Positions 25,069-37,260 of a DNA stretch of 64,000 nucleotides are shown here, one piece after another. The notes beneath the pieces were generated by a model. It was not told the DNA's origin. It searched no databases and worked only from the letters and a program-made list of their open reading frames with translations. This DNA is from Octopus sinensis (lineage: Eukaryota). How positions within the stretch are numbered: the first letter of the stretch is position 1; each line of letters opens with the position of its first letter. The position numbers and the translations under genes are program-made. The stretch covers positions 183,706,001 to 183,770,000 of the forward strand of contig NC_042997.1 of assembly GCF_006345805.1 (NCBI RefSeq). The letters are read 5' to 3'.

Positions 25069-25361
25069 TTATATATATTTAAATATTATATCTTTTTTAT
25101 CTTTAACTGTCTGTATTTCCAGTTTGATTGGGCATTTTAAGATGTAACTAAGCATTTCTTCAGTGTAGCCTTGCAAAAAATATATTTTTTGTGGTAAGAG
25201 ATTTTGAGAAATTAATGCTGCAATGACAATTAAATTATGGCGCCTCTTTATGATAACTTCTGACATGAGTAACTGAGGCCATGTACCGTGCATAAATCGA
25301 CGAATGAAGACATCATCAACTGTGACTTCAGAAGCTCTTCTTCCTTCCTCGTGAAGAGTGG
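25069..25361 (-). CDS. MRPS24: Mitochondrial small-subunit ribosomal protein S24 (uS3m), last coding exon
   Basis: TLHEEGRRASEVTVDDVFIRRFMHGTWPQLLMSEVIIKRRHN...IYFLQGYTEEMLSYILKCPIKLEIQTV...IIFKYI* matches the MRPS24 C-terminal region. Acceptor ttctctttcag; phase 1 fits the upstream exon. Confidence 0.93.
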
Positions 25362-25547
25362 CTGAAAGAGAAGAAAACATGATTAAGTCAAGTTCAGTAT
25401 AAATATCTTTATTGGTAAAATTAATTTAAATGTCATTAGAGGCAAAAGTGACAAAGCAAGTACATATTTAAATTATTGATACTCATTTTCTTACTGGGCA
25501 GTTTTGTTCTGAAATCCTTAAGACAATAAGTCTACAAAAGATTTGTG

Positions 25548-25951
25548 GGATCTTTTCGGTTTGAACGGCAGTTTTTTCTAGCGGTGTCATATGAAATTGT
25601 CGTCCATAATTATGACCCTAGTATTGATCTAATGCATTTCAATCTGTTTTAGGGTTAGAGGGAAGGGTATCTATTTTTCTTCACAAATGCAAATAAACCC
25701 AATCTGTTTCTTAAATGAGGGACATATTCATACGGCAGAGAATGTTTTTCACCTCAATAGATGTCATTAATTGGTTGAAATTGCAGAAATTGAAGAAAAA
25801 CAAACAACAAATATCTTACAAACTATAGAATTTTCTCAATAAAGCCAAGAGAAAAAGATATTTTATAAACACATTCTACTAGTATACGAAGTTTAAAAGT
25901 GTTTAGTTACGTGGAAATTTTTAAAAACTGCTGTTCAAACCGAAAAGATCC
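25548..25951. mobile_element. 404-bp MITE, inverted copy of 8847..9250
   Basis: TIRs ggatcttttcggtttgaac ... gttcaaaccgaaaagatcc. Confidence 0.9.
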
Positions 25952-26169
25952 GATTTAGAAAGCAAAGATATCTCTTAGACAATACATAAAAAAGAGAGTT
26001 CCAACACACCACATCAGCCAGTAACAGGAGTGAATAAAAGAAGCAAAATTTAAAACACACATACATATATACAAGTATAACTGAGAAAGTGTCACTCTTT
26101 AAATTGACCTAAGTCTTAGAAACAAGCAATACATTTATTCATTCAGAAATAATATAAGCAAACATTATG

Positions 26170-26610
26170 TGTGTGAGATGACCCGGCAGGACAAGTGAGA
26201 CCATAACCCGTGGCCTCTACATGGGATGTAGCCAGTCCACTTATGCATACCTTTCCTTCTTGGGACACAAAACTCTACTTGTGAAGACTTGTTGAGGCAA
26301 GTGAAAATCAAAATCGAAATCGATCAACATCAATGGAATTTGTATCTGTGATACCAGTGTCAGTGGTACGTAAGAGAACCATCCGAACATGGCCGTTGCC
26401 AGCGCCGCCTCGACTGGCCTCGTGCCGGTGGCACATAAAAAGCACCCACTACACTTACGGAGTGGTTGGCGTTAGGAAGGGCATCCAGCTGTAGAAACAC
26501 TGCCAGATCAGACTGGGCCTGGTGCAGCCTTCTGGCTTCCCAGACCCCAGTTGAACCGTCCAACCCTTGCTAGCATGGAAAGTGGACGCTAAACGATGAT
26601 GATGATGATT
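26170..26610 (+). mobile_element. 5'-truncated RTE LINE (3' UTR and family C tail)
   Basis: Tail ...ggaaagtggacgctaaacgatgatgatg. Confidence 0.8.
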
Positions 26611-27227
26611 ATCATTAGCATTTTAACATTGGTTTCTCCATGCTGGCATGGCTTGGCTATGTCCACAGTACAGCATGTCATTATGATTTTCAAGATCTTA
26701 TCTTTACCTCCAGAACTCTCCAATGAACCCTCATCATCTCATTACATGACATGTCCATACTAGGGAAACCATCTCATGTATACTTCAGCTAGGTGTTTTC
26801 ATGTTTTTTTTTACCAATCCTGTGCTCTGCCCTCTGTACAAATTATGTTGGATATCAAAGCAATCATTTACTCTCTGCAGTTTTTCCAGTCACTTCAATC
26901 CATTATCTCTCTTTTTACACAAGCTTCATTACAGTCTGCCTTTAGCATGGAGAGAGTAAGGAGAGAAAGAGAGAGAGAAAAGGTTTGCTGGTGTGTAGTC
27001 CTTGCTTGTCATGTAGTGGTTGACTGAACAAATGATGCAGTCCACAGATGCAGTACCTGGATAAACCATACCTGTTTCTGCTTGAGGACTACTTGTCTGG
27101 TATAACAGACATCTTTAAATCACTGAAGAACAAATAATGCAATTTTTATGGCACAATTTAAAACTGCATTACTTTATCTCATTAACTGATTGCTTCTCAG
27201 CAGACTATTTCCACAAGGTTCCTTGTG

Positions 27228-27465
27228 GCAGAAGCTGAGCTGGCAGAAACGTTAGCACGCTGGGCGAAATGCTTAGCGGTATTTCGTCTGCCGCTACGTT
27301 CCGAGTTCAAATTCCGCCAAGGTCGACTTTGCCTTTCATCCTTTCGGGTTCAATTAAATAAGTACCAGTTACGCACTGGGGTCAATATAATCGACTTAAT
27401 CAGTGTGTCTGTCCTTGTTTGTCCTCTCTGTGCTTAGCCCCTTGTGGGGAGTAAAGAAATAGGTA
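27228..27465 (+). mobile_element. SINE family B
   Basis: Complete head to tail. Confidence 0.85.
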
Positions 27466-27636
27466 ATAAATGCTTATTGGAGTTTTACTTGTGTTTTGCA
27501 TCAGACAATTGTTCTAGGACTGGCATCTGTTGCCAAAGCTCAATGAATGCAAAACTGAAAGACGTCTATTCAAAATTCTATCAAAACAATATTTCAGAAT
27601 GCTCTTTTCAAAGATATCTACTGCCAATATAATACA

Positions 27637-27870
27637 TATTTCTTTACTACCCACAAGGGGCTAAACACAGAGAGGACAAACAAGGACAGACGAACGGATT
27701 AAGTCGATTATATCGACCCCAGTATGTAACTGGTACTTATTTAATCGACCCCGAAAGGATGAAAGGCAAAGTCGACCCCAGCGGAATTTGAACTCAGAAC
27801 GTAGCAGCAGACGAAATACTGCTAAGCATTTCACCCGGCATGCTAACGCTTCTGCCAGCTTGCCGCCTTA
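27637..27870 (-). mobile_element. SINE family B, inverted relative to 27228..27465
   Basis: Complete copy on the minus strand. Confidence 0.85.
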
Positions 27871-27884
27871 TAATACAACCAGAT

Positions 27885-28160
27885 CGCCTTACTGGCACTT
27901 GTGCTGGTGGTATGTGTAAAAGGATTCGAGCGAGGTCATTGCCAGTAACCGCCTGACTGGCCCCCATGCCGGTGGCACATAAAAAGCACCCACTACACTC
28001 TGAGAGTGGTTGGCATTAGGAAGGGCATCCAGCTGTAGAAACTCTGCCAAATCAAGATTGGAGCCTGGTGCAGCCATCTGGTTCGCCAACCCTCAGTCAA
28101 AATCGTCCAACCCATGCTAGCATGGAAAGCGGATGTTAAACGATGATGATGATGATGATT
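27885..28160 (+). mobile_element. RTE LINE 3' tail (family C)
   Basis: Family C tail ending in (GAT)n. Confidence 0.8.
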
Positions 28161-28641
28161 TCATTAATAATCTGACTACAAATTAGTATAAAACCATTTC
28201 ATGCCAGTGGAGTCAGTTCTCTCTTGCCGTTCAAAGGTTTCATCTCAGGATCTCAACTCCAACTTACAAAGTACTCCTGAAAACTTAATGGAAAGGCTCT
28301 CCCTCATAAGCCAATCTTGTAAAGTGTTGTATACGGTCTAGCTTTCATCACATTTAGTAGAGTTGCTTTAAACTAGCGCTAATGTTCATTTATACCAAGT
28401 AACTAAGAAATCAAAAGAACAATCACACAACAGATCTGACAAATTTCCATCAGCTTTCAACCACTTTTCTTCACAGTTACTGAAAATTTTAACTCTGCAA
28501 CATTGCATTACTTTGAAAGCTGTTAGAAAATAGATACTAATTTTATTTCATAACAGAGTAGTAAAAACTTGGTGTGCAGCTTAAGAAACTAAGTCAATTA
28601 TACGACATGTAGAAAAATAGAAAAATAACTAAATCACTCAC

Positions 28642-28840
28642 TAGTGTTCCAAGAATTCCAAGACTTTGTTACACCAATTAGGTAAGGAGGTTGAGACTGT
28701 TCATATGTTAAAGGCTTGTCTTGACGGAGTGAAATTTTTGGCTGACCAGCACGTACGTTTTTGGTAAGAACAGAAGATTTGCTGAATTGTCTTTGGATGT
28801 TATAAGTTAATCCATGATTACTCAAAGTTTGGGATTTTAA
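28642..28840 (-). CDS. MRPS24: MRPS24 internal coding exon
   Basis: LKSQTLSNHGL...SVLTKNVRAGQPKISLRQDKPLTYEQSQPPYLIGVTKSWNSWNT matches KN.A....DKP.TYE...P..I..K.W.S..T. Acceptor tttgtttcag (phase 0), donor A|gtgagt (phase 1). Confidence 0.92.
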
Positions 28841-29244
28841 CTGAAACAAAGAAATTTATTGTAAGTAGAATTCTAAAGAATGAAAATTATTATAAAACCT
28901 ATGCATGCATAAATTGTAATTCTTCAAATTATTCCTATAATGATGGAGTGGTTCCTAATTAAGAAACAGCTCCGTTATTTCAATTTAAACATTGAAACAT
29001 CAATAATTGTTCATGGTTACATGCTAACCCTTTTCTGAAATTTTGCACATTTTCACCATTTGGCTTATAAATTGAACTTACAGAATAAATGTTCAATGGT
29101 TCTAATCTTGGAAAACAAGCTTAAAATTACTGATTTCTAATAATGGTACAAGGGTCACATTTGAAGGAGGCTGAATATAGTAGGTTAAATCAATCACAGT
29201 AATCAGCTTCCTCAAACAATTAGTGAAATCAAGTGTAAATGATT

Positions 29245-31075
29245 ACAAATCATCATTTAATGTCTGTTCCAGGCTGGCATGATTTGGATGGTTTGATAGG
29301 ATCTGATAGGTTTCAAGACAGCATTGTGCTCCAGTGTCTGCTTTGGCATGGTTTATATGGCTGGATGCCCTTCTTAGGGACAATTTTATAGCATGTACTG
29401 AGTGCCATTTTTTTCTGACACTAGCACTAGTGCAGTCACTATGCATAGTGCAAGACAAGATGCCCTTCAACTGAATGGCACTACAGAAGGGAGGGAGGTA
29501 ACTTTATGTTATGAGAAAGAGAAGAGGCCAAAACAGGTTTCTTGCTGTAGGGGAGCTACGCAGCTACTCACACTACAGAAGAGAGAGTGGAAGCAATCAG
29601 GGTGGAACTGGAAAGCGATGAAAATAGTGATGAGATGTCAAGGTGAACTCTTAAGACATGAGGTGAGTAGAAGTGAGAGGGAACAGAACAGGAAGTGTGG
29701 GTGGGGTAGAAATTGCAAGAGTGTATCGGAGAATAAGAGATTGTCAGAAATAGGGAATGGGTGAGAGGTTGAATGTTATGAAGAACAAGTGTTGAGGAAT
29801 GATGACTAGAGAAGGTAGGGTAAAGGAAAGAATAAGTGTAGAAACTGAGTAGGATTGAGGGGTGACCAATGATACAGAAGTTGAAGTGAAACAGGAGAGA
29901 AAAGATGACTGACAGTGCGGCAACGGTGGTGGGGAATGAAGAGCAGTTGAGTAGTAACAAAAATAAGGATACAATGGACAGTAAAAAGAGAGAATGAGCA
30001 AAAGGGAAAGTGGGAGATGATGAGTGGTTGAGTAGGTTGTTTGGGATAGAGCAAGAGAATGGGGAGACTTATGGTGGATGAGAGTATTAAGAAGGAAAGG
30101 TGAATAACAGTGAAATGGTTCCAATAATAAAGAGGGGTAAGTGGTAACAGGAAAATTCTGAAGTATGCAATTCTGTTCACACTTAATTACAGCAGCAGAA
30201 TCGTGCAGTTTGAGGGATGATGATTGGTAAGAATGTGTTAAAGAAGAAACTCGATGTGATGGGCGGAGGAGTTGTGCATATTTGTACACACAGTGTCTCC
30301 AAAATCTCAGCTTCGCTGAGGTGAACAAGTCTCCTAAAGAACAGTATACTTCTAGTCATCCCAGTCCTTTGCCATTTCCATGTGAGATTCAAGGTCCTGC
30401 AATCAGTCTTCACCACTTTGTCTTCCTGGGTTTCCCTCTTCTGCAAACACCATCCACAATGAGTGAGCAGCACTTTTTTATGAAGGCTATCTTCATCACA
30501 AAAGTCCATACCAGCACAGTCTTCTTCCTTGTACACTATATCTAATTCCCCTTATGCCTAGTTTTTCTTTCAATGCATATATATTTTGTTGTTCATGTAC
30601 ACTTACTTTGCACATCCAGTGGAGCATGCTATCTTCATTTTTTTCCCCAGTTATATCATGTCCTCTGCATGCAGTATCATACATTCTGTCCTTCACTCTT
30701 TGGGAAAAGACCCTTGTTGTCAATAGTGATGATACCTCAGTGAATTTTTTTTCCATCCTGTTCTTATCCTGGCTGCTATACTTTCAGAGCAATCACCTCC
30801 CCCTGCTAATTACAGCTCCTAGGTAACAGAAGCTATCAACTACTTCTAGTGAGCCATCTGGGCAGTTAAGAGAGACTATTTTTGGTGTGCTCATAGTATG
30901 TATCTGTCATTTATGAACCTGACTTTTTCTGTTAGTCTGCCTGTGATTCTACTACATCTCTTGTGTGTCCATAGTTTACATTAGGCATAGTGTATGGAGT
31001 ATATAGCTACTCCTTTTCTGTATGCATAGCAGGACCATTTCCCTGAAGATACCAGAGTCCTATATTCTTTCCTAC
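29245..31075 (-). mobile_element. 5'-truncated, decayed RTE LINE of the PHD-bearing family
   Basis: Minus translations GKWSC...CKLWTHKRCS..., LEVVDSFCYLG..., KLGIRGIRYSVQGRRLCWYG; long 3' UTR and a family C variant tail. Confidence 0.8.
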
Positions 31076-31490
31076 ATAACCATATGTGCGTAACATGGTG
31101 ATCTCATATCAAGATAAACTGCGCATTACCTTGCAGAATTTTCATCGGGTTGAGTAGTCCAACCCACTCAAAAGGTCCCTGAATAAGGGTTATTTAAGGA
31201 TGCTGAATGAAACACCCATGTTTCCAAAGGTGAATTATCCAAACCCCAAAGAATTTCTCTCAGAACATAGTTATGATGCTCCCCAACAACTTCTGCTCAT
31301 GATCAGAGACGTACATATCATCAGCCACTAAGGGACATGCTCAACTTGTTAAGGTTAAAAACTGACAAGCAAATCTGTGATATTGAGCAGAATACTTGTT
31401 GTAGCCAATCTTTTATACCAAGACAAAACAATGTACATGATAACACTTCCAATCAGTTAAGATCAGAAGCCATGAGAGCCACTGCCTGGT
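31075..31490 (-). mobile_element. Truncated copy of the 560-bp element at 1985..2544
   Basis: Collinear similarity (ctcaaaaggtccctgaataaggg, cagccactaagggacatgct, aatcagttaagatcagaagccatgagagcc). Confidence 0.8.
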
Positions 31491-31519
31491 CTCACTTAGG
31501 AAATAAAGCTTTGATAATT

Positions 31520-33100
31520 TGATATCATCTAGACATGATGTTAGCAAGTGTCTGTGCCTAGCCCCAAGTAAGATGCATTTCTCTGAGCTTACTCTGAACT
31601 GTTCTATCACAGTTTTTCTGTAGTCGTCCAGATGTTCACTTCCAGGTAATGTCCATCTTAACATTACCATTGATATCTTCTCTCAGGCCATTCAGTGTGT
31701 GTAACCTAGCCATCTGTGCCACTGGAATTTATTCCAAATACCATACTACTGCAACCAATTTTGCAGTACAGCTCCTCCTTTAACACTTTGCTGTGCCCAA
31801 AGATGCAACATATTTTCATCAGGCACCTACTGCAGAAAGAACTAATTTTTTTCATGTCTTCCTTTACACTCTCTAGCATTCTGACTCCTAAATTAGAACA
31901 GACTCACTGTTTTTATAGGTTCAATCTTAGTCCAAAGCCCATGAGCTTTGTTAAACCTTGCTTGGATGTCTCTTTTTGTTGTTAACTACTGATAAGGCTT
32001 CCTAGATATGTCAAGTTCTCCATATAGACTAGTGGTTCAGTACTGGCAGTGATAGGTACAGGGTTCCTGGATTTTTGAGGTACACATGTTAGAACTTGTC
32101 TGCCTTGCATAATTGCTCAGCCTTCGGTAGGTGATCTTTCTTTAAGGAGAGGGCTACCAAATCATCCACATTGTCAAGACTTTGCAAATGGAGAAGTGTC
32201 AACTGGATGCCTTAGCCTTATCTGATATGGTTTTTACACATGATCCAGTTGATGATAGAAACATCTTTGTCACACACTGGATTCCACTGAAAAATCATTT
32301 AGAGAGTACTATGTTGTCATTGACCATACTGCATTCAAAATAGTTATAGAAGAGATTTATCAGGATAATGATCTTCTCAAGGACTTCAAATGAATCTTTT
32401 AAAAGTAAATGACTACATTTGGTTGTTTCTTTCAATGGGTTTCCCCAGTGCACACTGCCAAAAGCCTTTCTGAAGTATATCAAAGTTGATGAAAGAAAGG
32501 ACATTCTCTTCAATGCAAAGATCTGATCAAGCTATCAAATACTTTTCCTAGATCCCTTTTTCTCTTCCCTCAGCTTGTGTCAATTGCTGTTTCAACTTGG
32601 AGCTTTTAATGGAACTGATGTATTCAGTGACTACAAGAGTTACAGTGAGGCTGAAAGACCACAAGGTGAAAAATGTTGAACAGCAACAAATGTATTAGGC
32701 TATAAGAATAAGGGATGGTTAGCATCTAAAATATAGCAGAAAATGGGAGGAAAAAAAAACAGCTGAAAGCCAATATTTTGGACACCAAGTTTATAAATTA
32801 CAGAAGTTCCAGGAGCAGATTCAACAAGGATATAAGACCAAGGACAAAGAGGTGAAAAGGTGTGTCACAAAAGATTAAATTTCTTTTATTGAGAAAGTAG
32901 TAAGTGAAGCTGAGCAGGCTGCAGTCAGTGGGAGAGATGAGTATTTTTTTTATAAGATCAGTAGACAGCTTTGTGACAGCTATAACAGCCAGTCAGCCTT
33001 GGCCAGAGTCAAAGATGGCATCATCACAATACTGGAAAATGCCTGAAAGTCATGATGAAGGAGGAAAGTGGACAAGGATGAAAAAATTTAAAAAACAGAA
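31520..33100. mobile_element. Old RTE-clade LINE of a different family, with inverted 5' segment
   Basis: Minus 32585 to 31520 reads DQIFALKRM..YFRKAFGSVH..LDNVDDLVALS..TYLGS..LRWTLPG. Plus 32586 to 33100 encodes the more upstream FQLEL.. and EAEQAA..YKISRQL..VKD region. Confidence 0.7.
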
Positions 33101-33699
33101 CTCATAAACATACAATAGCCTTCAACCGGCATACACTACACCATCATTTTTATGCGCTACATTACATAGGAGATAAAACCTACATAGGGACAGGGGAACA
33201 TTAAGCCTTTGGAGGTGTTCATGGGAAAGACATCTGATAGAGGTCAGAGGATAGATAAAGACTTCCTGTACTGGGGGTGGGCACACTGCAAAACAGCAAA
33301 AACTCAGGCTGCCAGTGTGAGAGAATATCGATGGTAACAATGAGATAGAATTGGGCATTTGAATTCTTAATTAGAGCTGTAACCAAGAGTTTTCGGTCAG
33401 CCAAACTGTGACAAAAATAAATGAACGTGAAAGAGAGGGAGAGTTGGCTCAAGCAAAGGGATCTTAAATTTTTTTTTCTTTCTCTCTAACTATACAGCGT
33501 GGAAGACGAGAATAATGAAATGAACTAATAAGGTAATTATAATCTATGCTGAAAAAAGAAGTTTAGATGTGTACAAGGTTGCTTATCTGAACATCTGATT
33601 TTCTACTCCTTTTGGCGAGGTGTTCAAATATGAGGTAGGGAAATCTGAATGAGCTAGTTTATATAGGATGGGGGAGCAGAGGTAAAGTATTGGGAGAAG

Positions 33700-34617
33700 T
33701 AAGTGGTTATCATGGGCCGTGACTGCTGAGGACATGCATAAGCTTGCAAGGAATGAAGCCAGTATACTCCACTGGATGTGTAATGTCAGTGTGCATACAC
33801 AACAGAGTGTAAGCACACTGAGAGAAAAGTTGGACTCAAGAATAATAAGATATGGTGTGCAAGAGACACGACTGCACTGGTATGGTCATGTGTTGCATAT
33901 GGATGAGGACTGCTGCGTGAAAAAGTGTCACACCCTAGCAGTAGAGGGGCACCTGTGGAAGAGGTAGACCCAGGAAGACCTGGGATGAGGTGGTAAAGAA
34001 TCGCCTTCGAACATTGGGCCTCACTGAGGCGATGACAAATGACCAAGACCTTTGGAGATATGCTGTGCTTGAGAAGACCCAACAAGCCAAGTGAGTTTGT
34101 AACTGTGGCCTATGCTAGTGCAGCATAACCAGCCCATTTAAGAGTATCCTTCAATCATTAGGCAATAAACTGCACTTACGAAGACCTATTAAGGCAAGTG
34201 AAATCGTTGTTGTGGCCGAATACAGTGCTGCCTGATTGGCACCTGTGCACGCAAAAAGCACTATTCAAGCGTGATTGATGCCAGTGCTGCCTGACTGGTC
34301 CTGTGCCGGTGGCATGTAAAAAGCACCATTTGAGTGTGGCCAAAGCCAATGCTGCCTGACTGGCTCTTGTGCCAGCAGCATGTAAAAAGCACCATTCAAG
34401 CATGGTCGATGCCAGTACTGCCTGACTGGCCCTCGCGCCGGTGGCACGTAAAAAGCACCCACTCTCAGAATGGTTGGCATTAGGAAGGACATCCAACTGT
34501 AGAAACTTTGCCAGATTGGATTGGAGGCTGGTGCAGCCTTCTGGCTTGCCAGCCCTCAGTCAAACCGTCCAACCCATGCCAGCATGGAAAGCAGATGTTA
34601 AACAATGTTGGTGATGA
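33700..34617 (+). mobile_element. 5'-truncated RTE LINE (ORF end, 3' UTR VNTR, family C tail)
   Basis: WAVTAEDMHKLARNEASILHWMC...RLHWYGHVLHMDEDCCVKKC...GRPRKTWDEVV; four 65-66-nt units; tail. Confidence 0.88.
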
Positions 34618-35314
34618 ATAGTATAAAATGTTGAAAAATACCAGGAAAAAAAGATATCAAAATTTCATTTTCTTTATAACAGCTATTCTGAAAGTCTAAT
34701 CCCAAATACTGTTGTAAATACATTTTGGGAAAGGAAATCTTGTAAAAAGAATTCTGATTTCCATATATCCTAATTCTGTTTGGGTACTATCTTTGTATGA
34801 TATATTAAATGCCCATTAACTAACACTGCCATCCTACTTCTCTTTCAATTAGGGTAACCATGTACCTTCCTGACATAAAGCTACCTTCCTCAATACTACC
34901 CCCACTCCCACCTCAGTTGAGAAGTTTTGAGCCAATACCACATAAAAAGCACCAGTACATTCTGTAAAGTAGTTGGTGTTAGGAAGAGCATCCAACCATA
35001 GAAACCACGCTAAAGCAGAGACTGGAACTTGTAGTCCTTTTAACTTGCCAGCTGCTGCCAAACTGTCCAACTCCATGCCATCAGCATGGAAAACAAACAT
35101 TAAATGAATATCCAGATATTCCTTTCTCTGGAACTTCTCTTTGGCCATATCTTTCCATATTAATCTACAACCATGTCATGATTAGTTGTATTGACTTCAT
35201 ACTGCTATCCAACCCTTCAAAAACACAGGGTTATAAAGGTTCCATCCAAACATCACATATATTTTACTGGTTTCAGTCATTGAACTGTGACTGTACTGGG
35301 ACACTGCCTTCAAC

Positions 35315-35550
35315 ACGAGCATATGACATAGTGGTTAAGAGCACAGGCTACTAACCCTAAGATTCCAAGTTCGATTCCAAGCAGTGACCATAATAATAAT
35401 AATAATATCGAAAAATACCTTAGGAATGAGAACCCAGGTTGGAAATTTCCCCAAGACACTTGATGAAGGCTGGAGGTTATATCAGCCGAAACGTTGTGTT
35501 AACAACAAACAAGATGAGGACAAATAACTGTCAAATGTAGATAATGTAAA
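35315..35550 (+). mobile_element. tRNA-headed element with (AAT)n linker and hammerhead-bearing tail, nested in a family A SINE
   Basis: A-box-like tgacatagtgg (35324), B-box gttcgattcc (35369), (AAT)n, then the hammerhead fold. Family A minus-strand sequence resumes on both sides. Confidence 0.65.
35455..35500 (+). ncRNA. Minimal type I hammerhead ribozyme fold (C3>U variant)
   Basis: GACAC-UUGAUGA-A-GGCUG(..)CAGCC-GAAA-CGU-U-GUGUU: helix I GACAC/GUGUU, helix II GGCUG/CAGCC, palindromic helix III ACGU, cleavage triplet GUU. Confidence 0.65.
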
Positions 35551-35644
35551 TCAACTCCATTACTTATTTTTTAAAGTCTAGAACTTATTCTATCGGTTCC
35601 TTTTACTGAAATGCTATGTTAAGAGAACATATATATAATCATCG

Positions 35645-36005
35645 TCGTGTGGTAAGTAGCTTGCTTACCAACCACATGGTTCCCAGTCCAGTCCCACTGC
35701 GTGGCACCTTGGGCAAGTGTCTTCTACTATAGCCTCGGGCCGACCAAAGTCTTGTGAGTGGATTTGGTAGACGGAAACTGAAAGAAGCCCATCGTATATA
35801 AGTATATATGTGTGTGTGTCCCCACAACATCGTTTGACAACTGATGCTGGTGTGTTTAGGTCCCTGTAACTTAGTGGTTCGGCAAAAGAGACCAATAGAA
35901 TAAATACTAGGCTTACAAAGAATAAATCCTGGGGTCAATTTGATTCGACTAAAGGCGGTGCTCCAGCATGGTCACAGTCAAATGATTGAAACAAGTAAAA
36001 GAAAA
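35645..36005 (+). mobile_element. SINE family A
   Basis: Body and tail. Confidence 0.85.
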
Positions 36006-36827
36006 TAAAGAATATATATTATCATCATCTACTTCTCCATGATTGCATGGGTGAGATGGGATCTGTTGGGGTAAATTTTCAACGGCTGGATGCTCTACCT
36101 CTTGCTAACCCTTACCTACTTCCAAGTAAGGTCATATTCTCCATGATCAGGAAAGTTTTCAAGAAAGATTGGAAACGAAAGTCACCGCTTGTATGAGTGA
36201 CATTTGGTTACACCTATCACACGTAGTCAAGGCATGGAGATAGTAACCAACACACACTACATGCTCCCATACAATTTCTGTCAAAATTCATTCACAAGGC
36301 ATCGGCCAGTCCGGAGCTATAGTAGAAGATACTTGCCCAAGTTGTGCAATGGGACTGAACCTGAAACCTCGTGGTTACAAAGTGAGTTCCTTAACCACAC
36401 AGGCAATACTTAATATTCAGTGAAGATTGTCAATTTGTAGAGAACAGGTGTTTCTGAGATTCACACAACAATTTCGTCTTAAGCCTGCCTTCTGAAAGCG
36501 AGGTGGTTCTTAGAGCAGTACAAATACCCCAAAGTTTGAGGAAATAGAGAAAGAGGGTAGCAATGAAAGGTCCCAGTTTTTAACTCAAATATATCAGCCC
36601 GTGCACAGATGGGGTATAAGTCTCACAAGATATTTAAAATACTTTTTTTTTTTTGCAAAGGAAGTTTTGCTTAAAAAAAAAAAATTGTCCTCTTTTAGAC
36701 ATTCTGAAGAGAAAAAAAAATGTATGAATACGAGATTACTTGTTTCTGAGCACCTCTTAGATGTTGGGATCGATTCAGTTCCAAGATGAAATTCGTAATC
36801 TTACGTCCGAAGAAATGAATATCTTAC

Positions 36828-36848
36828 CCGCGTTGACGAACAGAACAT
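36828..36848 (-). CDS. MRPS24: Candidate MRPS24 first coding exon (MFCSSTR; in-frame upstream ATG at 36890)
   Basis: ATG TTC TGT TCG TCA ACG CGG|gtaag; phase 0 fits exon 28642..28840 and gives a 170-aa protein. Confidence 0.45.
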
Positions 36849-37260
36849 GGAAGCATCGAGAACGACCGTTCCATAGTAACTTAGTTCCATTGGCAAAATA
36901 GTAAATTGTAATACAACTTGTAGGCAATCTTTCGTTTTGGGTCTGCGAGGCAATGTTGGCAATCAAAATTACTCAATTTGTGAAACAACAGTTCTTACGT
37001 ACGGTCATTATATTAGACCAGATTTTGAGTAATACCGGCATAAGTACTAATTCTTAGTAATGCTTAATATTTTACAAACTGAGTAATAAATTATCAACAT
37101 ATAAGAAATAATTAGCAGAACTGAATCAAGTAATATTTCTGATCCAAGAGTTCACGATCATCAACTGTCTAGTTCTCGTAGGGTCAATTGTAAATAAAAA
37201 GGTTATGCTACAATGTCCAAAACCGGCTTAATCCTTATATATATATTTAAAAATAAAAAA

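Noticed and set aside
29402-30545. Cluster of 100-194-aa ORFs on both strands
   Set aside because: They lie in the purine/pyrimidine-skewed 3' UTR and decayed ORF end of an RTE copy; no coherent protein.
34220-34460. Regularly spaced ~65-nt repeats resembling a CRISPR array (also 56330..56680)
   Set aside because: The whole unit repeats with no unique spacers, there are no cas genes, and they lie inside the eukaryotic LINE 3' UTR.
35349-35360. CTAACCCTAA as a telomerase RNA template
   Set aside because: It falls in the anticodon region of a SINE head, with no pseudoknot, CR4/5 or H/ACA context.
35320-35385. tRNA gene (also the SINE heads at 20200..20260, 21280..21354 and others)
   Set aside because: A/B boxes are present but there is no complete cloverleaf or acceptor stem; each continues into a SINE body.
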